Source: Pseudobdellovibrio sp.
Lineage (GTDB): Bacteria; Bdellovibrionota; Bdellovibrionia; Bdellovibrionales; Bdellovibrionaceae
Length of the DNA stretch: 41,594 nt
Assembly (NCBI GenBank): GCA_046291245.1
Contig: JBKBTW010000003.1
Span: forward strand, 1-41,594
Direction: 5' to 3'
In this document: piece by piece, positions 36,216 through 41,594 of the stretch
Numbering within the stretch: position 1 is the stretch's first letter
Layout: each line of letters starts with the position of its first letter
Notes under the pieces: model-generated
The model's database searches: none
The model's input: only the letters and a program-made list of their open reading frames with translations
What the model was told of the DNA's origin: nothing
Position numbers and translations under genes: made by a program

Positions 36216-37973
36216 TTATTGGCATTGCAGCACGCTTTTGACATCTGAAGTGAGTATCTTTTTTCTACGATCCAAACCCTGCGAATGTGACGCTTTAGAA
36301 AGTATATGTAACACAACTGATTCGGCCGGATAAAACTCTCTATAAGAAGGCGGATTACATAAAAATGAAGTCGACGCTAAGTACTTCGCACGTCGAACTT
36401 CTATATCTTTGTCAGAAGCCAATATCCTAGAAAAAACTTGAGACGCATAGTTATCAACTACATCCTCTTCAATATCATAAGACAAACCTTCATTGATAGA
36501 AGAGTCATCAGCGCTGTACTTACCCGCATATGTTAAATAAAACTTCGCATGTACCGACAAGTCAGAACCAAGCTCTTCTAAAACTTTTTTAAGTAGTTGG
36601 TCATCAGGTAAAACATTTTTATTTTCTAATGACTTACAATAGTAATCATTACTTAACATAAAGTAGAATTGCATACTTGGAGATATATACAAAAATTGTT
36701 TTGTTTCTTCAGGATTCTCAAAAAATATATAGGCTGGGTTTAAATAAGCTTCATTTTTCAATATTCTTCCTGAAGCTAGTATTTCATCTTTCTTAATTAA
36801 ATGAAAAATGCTGTTAGACCTGTACTCTCTTCTCAATGTTTGATCGAGCGTTCTATTGGCTGCACGTAAAATTTGCTCTGAATTTAAGTGTGTTATTTTC
36901 TTTGCATTTAAAAATTTACTCAGAAAAGCCTCATCTTCATATTTATAATTTTTAGCTTCTGAAAATACTTTATATAAATCTTTTCTCAACTGATCCCAGT
37001 CTTCACACAAAGGTTTGACTTTAGACGTTGACATATTCCAAAGCTGATCTATTTTTTTACCAACTTCGCTGTTCTTTATTGATGTGTAAATCCTTCTATT
37101 CAAACCAATTGAGTGACCTACTTCATGCGCTAGAATCTGCAACACACTTGTTGTATTAAATAATCCCGCACACACCGTGATCTCATGACGAGTTCTATGG
37201 TAAAAAGCATTTTCCGTAATAGAACCACAGCGAGCGTTTCCCTGAGCATTGGATATAATAGGAGTTGTACCAGGTAAAACTAATTTCAACGTGTTCAGAG
37301 CATCAAGCCGCTCTTTCTTTAAATCATTTGAAGTTGTTTTATCTTCAGTTATCCATTTAACATACTCGGCACGTACAACACCGAAATCTTGCTCTATTTT
37401 TTTCCACTCAGGCGTTTTTTTCCAAAGAGTCGAAAAAATTTCACTCCAAATTTCCTCTTCTTGCAAGTTGACGTATCGGCTTTCAGATCGCGCTATATCA
37501 TCTTTGCTACGTTTAATAAAATTTTTATATTTTTTATTCGTTCTATCTTTAGCTATTTGCTCCACGCAGTCTTCAACTTTTACAACTACGGATTCAGCCC
37601 ACTCGTCTTTATATAGATCTGTTGGTTCGATTTTTAAAAGTGGTTTCCGATTAAGTGTTTGTCTTATCTGGGAGCTTAAACCGCATTTTTCAAACCCATA
37701 TTTAATATCAGAAGGAAGTTGTCCTATATTTTTCAAAATGGCTTCTAGGAAAAAATAAGACGTGTAAAAAATTGAGTTCTCGGTACTGCCATGACGTAAT
37801 TTAAAATTTAAGTCTTTATATTTTAAATCGTAGTTCCCTTGATTTTTAGGAGAGTAGACCTCCTTGCAAAAATTTTCGACTAAAGATTCACACATAAATT
37901 TTTCTTGCACTAACTCTTGCGCAAAAACCATTTTAGAGGAAAAAAATAAAATAACTAGAGCTGTTTTCATCAA
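36216..37973 (-). CDS. Secreted zinc metallopeptidase (HExxH, gluzincin/M13-like)
   Basis: Signal peptide; ENAFY...EITVCAG; ILAHEVGH; EEDVVD; SHS...R near the C-terminus. Confidence 0.75.
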   Translation of the reverse strand: MMKTALVILFFSSKMVFAQELVQEKFMCESLVENFCKEVYSPKNQGNYDLKYKDLNFKLRHGSTENSIFYTSYFFLEAILKNIGQLPSDIKYGFEKCGLSSQIRQTLNRKPLLKIEPTDLYKDEWAESVVVKVEDCVEQIAKDRTNKKYKNFIKRSKDDIARSESRYVNLQEEEIWSEIFSTLWKKTPEWKKIEQDFGVVRAEYVKWITEDKTTSNDLKKERLDALNTLKLVLPGTTPIISNAQGNARCGSITENAFYHRTRHEITVCAGLFNTTSVLQILAHEVGHSIGLNRRIYTSIKNSEVGKKIDQLWNMSTSKVKPLCEDWDQLRKDLYKVFSEAKNYKYEDEAFLSKFLNAKKITHLNSEQILRAANRTLDQTLRREYRSNSIFHLIKKDEILASGRILKNEAYLNPAYIFFENPEETKQFLYISPSMQFYFMLSNDYYCKSLENKNVLPDDQLLKKVLEELGSDLSVHAKFYLTYAGKYSADDSSINEGLSYDIEEDVVDNYASQVFSRILASDKDIEVRRAKYLASTSFLCNPPSYREFYPAESVVLHILSKASHSQGLDRRKKILTSDVKSVLQCQ

Positions 37974-38157
37974 AACCTCGAATGACCGCTTTTAATTATT
38001 ACAATATTAAATAAATTACAAAACAACTGTTTTACAAAATTTGAATTGAAACCTGACATTCAAATAGTTATCCAAAGGTAACCCTTAAATTTTCTTCTCA
38101 TGAGTTCATGAGCTTGAAATTATCTATTAAGAAACTAAATAGGGGTCCTAAAAATGC

Positions 38158-38190
38158 ATAAAGCTGTTAAGTAGAGCCTAACAGCTTTAT
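38158..38190. terminator. Perfect 12-bp hairpin (terminator for liuBC or for an sRNA)
   Basis: ATAAAGCTGTTA-9 nt-TAACAGCTTTAT; on the minus strand followed by GCATTTTT. Confidence 0.6.
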
Positions 38191-38228
38191 ATGAGATCAG
38201 ACTTCCAAAGAATCCGAGGAGGTCCAAT

Positions 38229-38297
38229 ATGCGAAAACAAAGTTATATTCACTATCGCCGGTTTGCCGCTGTTACTAAAGAATTTTTAAGAAATTAA
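38229..38297 (+). CDS. Candidate 22-aa small ORF MRKQSYIHYRRFAAVTKEFLRN
   Basis: Perfect SD GAGGAGGT (38216-38223) 5 nt before the ATG; below the ORF-track cutoff. Confidence 0.35.
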   Translation: MRKQSYIHYRRFAAVTKEFLRN

Positions 38298-38299
38298 CC

Positions 38300-39064
38300 C
38301 TACTTTTTTAAAAAGCCTTTGAGTCTTTGTTGACCTTCACTGGACATACGTCTTTCGCTGATTACTTTAACAGTTAGTTTTTTTTGCTCGGCCCAAGATG
38401 TTTTATTTTTAGATTGTTCAATATTATTCAGCAATTTTTTAGTCTCACGTATAGCTTCTAAGCCCAACACTGAATACTTGCGAACCTCATCCATAAAAAT
38501 TTTTTCATCTTTGATCTGATGAACCAAACCCATGCGCTCTGCATGATGGGGCCCGAACACTTCAGCATTTAACATATAAGGCCTAACTTGGGAGTCTACG
38601 CATTTACGCAAAATAAAAGCTGAGATGACAGCAGGCGATAATCCTAAACGAACTTCACTAAAGCAAAATTTTGTTTTTTCATCAGAGATAACTTGATCGC
38701 AAGCAGCTATTAGCCCCAAAGCTCCACCAAAAGCGGCTCCGTGTATATATCCAATCACTGGTTTTTCACAAAATGCAACTGCTTCAAACATATCCCAAAG
38801 TTTTTCAGAATCTGCGATATTCTGCTCAAAAGAATAGTTAACCATTTCTTGCATCCAATTAAGATCTGCTCCGGCACAAAATGCCGTACCAGCTCCCTTA
38901 AGGACAACAACTCTAATAGACTGATCTCCTGATAACGCTTTGAATGTTTGCGTGACTTCAGAAATCATTTCTGGATGAAACGCATTTTTAACTTCTGGCC
39001 TATTCAGCTCGATAACACAAATTGAAGGATCAATGTTGTCATTAGAAATACGAATAAATTTCAT
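38300..39064 (-). CDS. liuC: Enoyl-CoA hydratase family, probable methylglutaconyl-CoA hydratase
   Basis: LNRPEVKNAF, FCAGADLNWM, GAAFGGALGL, FSEVRLGL; directly downstream of liuB. Confidence 0.9.
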   Translation of the reverse strand: MKFIRISNDNIDPSICVIELNRPEVKNAFHPEMISEVTQTFKALSGDQSIRVVVLKGAGTAFCAGADLNWMQEMVNYSFEQNIADSEKLWDMFEAVAFCEKPVIGYIHGAAFGGALGLIAACDQVISDEKTKFCFSEVRLGLSPAVISAFILRKCVDSQVRPYMLNAEVFGPHHAERMGLVHQIKDEKIFMDEVRKYSVLGLEAIRETKKLLNNIEQSKNKTSWAEQKKLTVKVISERRMSSEGQQRLKGFLKK

Positions 39065-39076
39065 TTAAACTCCAAA

Positions 39077-40681
39077 CTACATTCTAAAAACACCTTGGTG
39101 TTTTGCTCCCCAGTCTGCATTTAAACTTGCAGCAATACCAAGAGCTAATACTTTACGCGTGTCTGTAGGATCAATAATACCATCATCCCAAATACGAGCT
39201 GATGAAAAATACGCTGAGCTTTCGTAATCATATTTATCAAGGGTTGGCTGCTTAAATGCCGCTTGCTCATCAGCAGTCATGCTTTGGCCTTTCGCTGCTA
39301 ACTGATCTAATTTTACAGTCAGTAATACATTTGCAGCCTGCTCACCACCCATTACACTAATTCTAGCATTTGGCCACATCCACATTTGGCGGGGCTGATA
39401 AGCTCGACCACACATGCCGTAGTTACCTGCTCCATACGAACCACCAATCACCACAGTGAATTTTGGCACTCGAGCATTAGATACAGCCATCACCATTTTA
39501 GCACCGTGCTTAGCAATCCCTTCTTGCTCGTATTTTTTACCCACCATAAAACCTGTGATATTTTGTAAAAATATTAAAGGGATTTCTCTTTGCTCACAGA
39601 GTTCAATAAAGTGCGCAGCTTTTTGTGCACTTTCACTAAAAAGCACTCCATTATTAGCAATGATTCCGACTGGATAACCCCATATATGAGCAAAACCTGT
39701 AACTAAAGTTTTACCATACAAGGGTTTGAATTCATGAAATTTAGAGCCATCTACAATCCGCGCGATCACCTCATGCACATCAAATGGCACTCGCGAATCC
39801 GCAGGAATAACTCCATACAATTCTTCCGCTGAATACAAAGGCTCTTCAACCGGTTGTGTTTTTAATTGAACTATTTTTCGACGATTTAAATGTTTTACAA
39901 TTGAACGTGTGATTTCAATCGCGTGTTGATCATCTTCTGCGTAGTGATCAGTTACACCAGAGATCTCACAGTGAGTAGTTGCTCCACCTAGCTCTTGTGC
40001 ATCAACCACTTCACCCGTAGCGGCTTTAACTAAAGGTGGCCCCCCTAAAAAAATTGTCCCGTTATCTTTTACAATTACATTTTCATCAGACATTGAAGGC
40101 ACATAAGCACCGCCCGCAGTGCATGATCCCATTACCACAGAAATTTGTGGAATATTACGGGCGCTCATTCGTGCTTGATTATAAAAAATTCTTCCAAAGT
40201 GATCTCGATCTGGGAAGACTTCTGATTGTAACGGCAAGAACGCTCCCCCACTATCAACTAAATAAATACAAGGTAAACCATTTTCTAAGGCAATCTCTTG
40301 CGCACGTAAATGTTTTTTCACAGTCATAGGAAAGTATGTTCCACCTTTTACAGTCGCATCGTTTGCGACGATAACGCACTCTACTCCATGGATGACTCCA
40401 ATACCAGTGATCACACCCGCCGCTGGAGCTTGATTTTCATACATGTCCCAAGCAGCTAACGTTGAAAACTCTAAAAATGCAGTTTCTGGATCTAGCAATC
40501 CTTCAATACGCTCACGAGCCGTTAACTTTCCACGAGATTTATGCTTCCTTAAAGCCTCTTCCCCGCCTCCAAGCTTAACTTTTGCGACCACCGATTTCCA
40601 TTTATCAACAATGATCTTCATAGCTTGGCTATTTTTTTTGTAATCTTCTGACTGAGTTTGAATATTTGTCTCTAAAATCAT
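39077..40681 (-). CDS. liuB: Methylcrotonyl-CoA carboxylase carboxyltransferase (beta) subunit
   Basis: [53 protein letters not shown] terminus. Confidence 0.96.
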   Translation of the reverse strand: MILETNIQTQSEDYKKNSQAMKIIVDKWKSVVAKVKLGGGEEALRKHKSRGKLTARERIEGLLDPETAFLEFSTLAAWDMYENQAPAAGVITGIGVIHGVECVIVANDATVKGGTYFPMTVKKHLRAQEIALENGLPCIYLVDSGGAFLPLQSEVFPDRDHFGRIFYNQARMSARNIPQISVVMGSCTAGGAYVPSMSDENVIVKDNGTIFLGGPPLVKAATGEVVDAQELGGATTHCEISGVTDHYAEDDQHAIEITRSIVKHLNRRKIVQLKTQPVEEPLYSAEELYGVIPADSRVPFDVHEVIARIVDGSKFHEFKPLYGKTLVTGFAHIWGYPVGIIANNGVLFSESAQKAAHFIELCEQREIPLIFLQNITGFMVGKKYEQEGIAKHGAKMVMAVSNARVPKFTVVIGGSYGAGNYGMCGRAYQPRQMWMWPNARISVMGGEQAANVLLTVKLDQLAAKGQSMTADEQAAFKQPTLDKYDYESSAYFSSARIWDDGIIDPTDTRKVLALGIAASLNADWGAKHQGVFRM

Positions 40682-40693
40682 AACAACCTTTAA

Positions 40694-41230
40694 TTATATT
40701 GAGTTTAAAAGCTTGCGTTTAACCACATCAGCTTTGATTTTAACGAAGTCACTACGATGAGACCCTTTAGTTTTAATCGTGATTGTGACTTCTAAAATGC
40801 TACGTTCATTTTTCTGTAAATCTACTACAAACTTATCTGCATCCTCTGGCAAAACTGAAAGCTCTAAAAGCAAATCCTTATCCCACTGGCTTTTTTTTGA
40901 AACTTCAGTCTCATAACTGACGATTTCCCATGCTTTGACAGCCCAATGTCTTGATACAAAAGTTCCTAAAACTTCAAAAGCTGCATTTACAACTAACCCT
41001 GAATGTATTTGCCCATGAAAATCACAATTGATTTTTTTATAGGGAATCAATGCTTTGATACGTTCATCAGTAACCTCTTTAAGCTCAAAACCTGTGCCTA
41101 AAAGCTCTGGCACTAACCAGCCTAACGCATAGTTTAATGCCGGTTTTATTATCGTTGGCGTATAACGATCACTTAAAACTTTTAAATCTTTAATTTTTTC
41201 AATATAATCTAAACTTAATTTCTTTTTCAT
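40694..41230 (-). CDS. Hotdog-fold / DUF4442-like thioesterase-family protein
   Basis: IPYKKINCDFHGQIHSG resembles the hotdog N..G..HGG motif. Start placed at ATG 41230. Confidence 0.6.
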   Translation of the reverse strand: MKKKLSLDYIEKIKDLKVLSDRYTPTIIKPALNYALGWLVPELLGTGFELKEVTDERIKALIPYKKINCDFHGQIHSGLVVNAAFEVLGTFVSRHWAVKAWEIVSYETEVSKKSQWDKDLLLELSVLPEDADKFVVDLQKNERSILEVTITIKTKGSHRSDFVKIKADVVKRKLLNSI

Positions 41231-41316
41231 AACTTGATTGCTGGAGCCTAACATGATGAAGTTGAATTGTATAGCTGACTTCGCATATAAGGAATACATC
41301 AAAGAGGATTTTATCT

Positions 41317-41594
41317 ATGATTAAAATAGTAAGTTTTGTTTTATTTATTGTGGCATTTATTTGGACTTGGATACTCTTTCACAACCCAGCTGATATGGGT
41401 GTTGATGTACATGCTGGTATTCAGAGCAAATTAGGTCTTTTGATTGAGGATACACTTAAAGAAAAAAGACCATCTGCGCAAAATTTCAAGCTTTCAAAAA
41501 TGTACACAGAAAAAATTGATAACAACAAAGTTAAAGCTTTTTTCTCATATCAATTTAACGACACCCTCTCTGGAAATAACGAAACTGACGTGCC
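41317..41594 (+). CDS. Hypothetical membrane-anchored protein (truncated by window edge)
   Basis: Not in the ORF track. SD GAGG, then MIKIVSFVLFIVAFIWTWILF...HAGIQSKL..., open to the window end. Confidence 0.8.
   Translation, partial: MIKIVSFVLFIVAFIWTWILFHNPADMGVDVHAGIQSKLGLLIEDTLKEKRPSAQNFKLSKMYTEKIDNNKVKAFFSYQFNDTLSGNNETDV

Noticed and set aside
38245-38272. GGCAAACCGGCGATAG on the minus strand resembles the start of a c-di-GMP-I riboswitch
   Set aside because: The complementary P2 arm and the downstream GACGCAAA segment are missing.
714-40643. Short ORF-track entries antisense to or nested in larger genes (e.g. 714-905, 1185-1414, 7674-8045, 15478-15678, 21575-21814, 26175-26456, 37249-37758, 39386-40643)
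   Set aside because: They are shadows of well-supported genes or regulatory DNA, with no recognisable motifs.
1-41594. CRISPR array, tRNA/rRNA, IS/transposase, integrase, prophage or known anti-phage defence genes
   Set aside because: No repeat-spacer periodicity, cloverleaf, terminal inverted repeats or diagnostic protein motifs were seen by eye.

Overview
AT-rich bacterial chromosome segment. Gene content, gene order and promoter style point to a Bdellovibrionales-type predatory bacterium (inference; no database search was run). It is mostly housekeeping and metabolic: a partial ABC exporter, a DksA-like factor, TetR plus a transpeptidase-only PBP, xth, an orphan ATP-grasp ligase, an S41 protease, hldD-phhA-trmJ, a CapA-like metallophosphoesterase, hppD-hmgA-ribD, a Pif1-family helicase, rhodanese, a HAD 5'-nucleotidase, an OmpA lipoprotein, a six-gene pantothenate/CoA operon, a fatty-acid desaturase, a FIST + histidine kinase pair, and leucine-catabolism (liu) genes split by a ~3.5 kb insert. 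No tRNA, rRNA, CRISPR array, IS or phage gene was seen. The most interesting signals lie outside the ORF track: (i) four sigma54-type GG-N10-GC promoters in front of secreted or unknown proteins, plus a near-consensus sigma28 promoter in front of a one-Cys DksA, with related GT-N3-AA-N-TT-N3-AC palindromes beside two of them; (ii) a tandem-hairpin RNA leader before the pan/coa operon; (iii) an unannotated 22-codon ORF or sRNA locus with a sequestered SD; (iv) a TraB/GumN gene remnant; (v) a G-tract-rich leader on the S41 mRNA; (vi) a divergent ASCH protein and an M13-like secreted metalloprotease in the liu insert. I cannot claim a demonstrably new multi-gene system from sequence alone.
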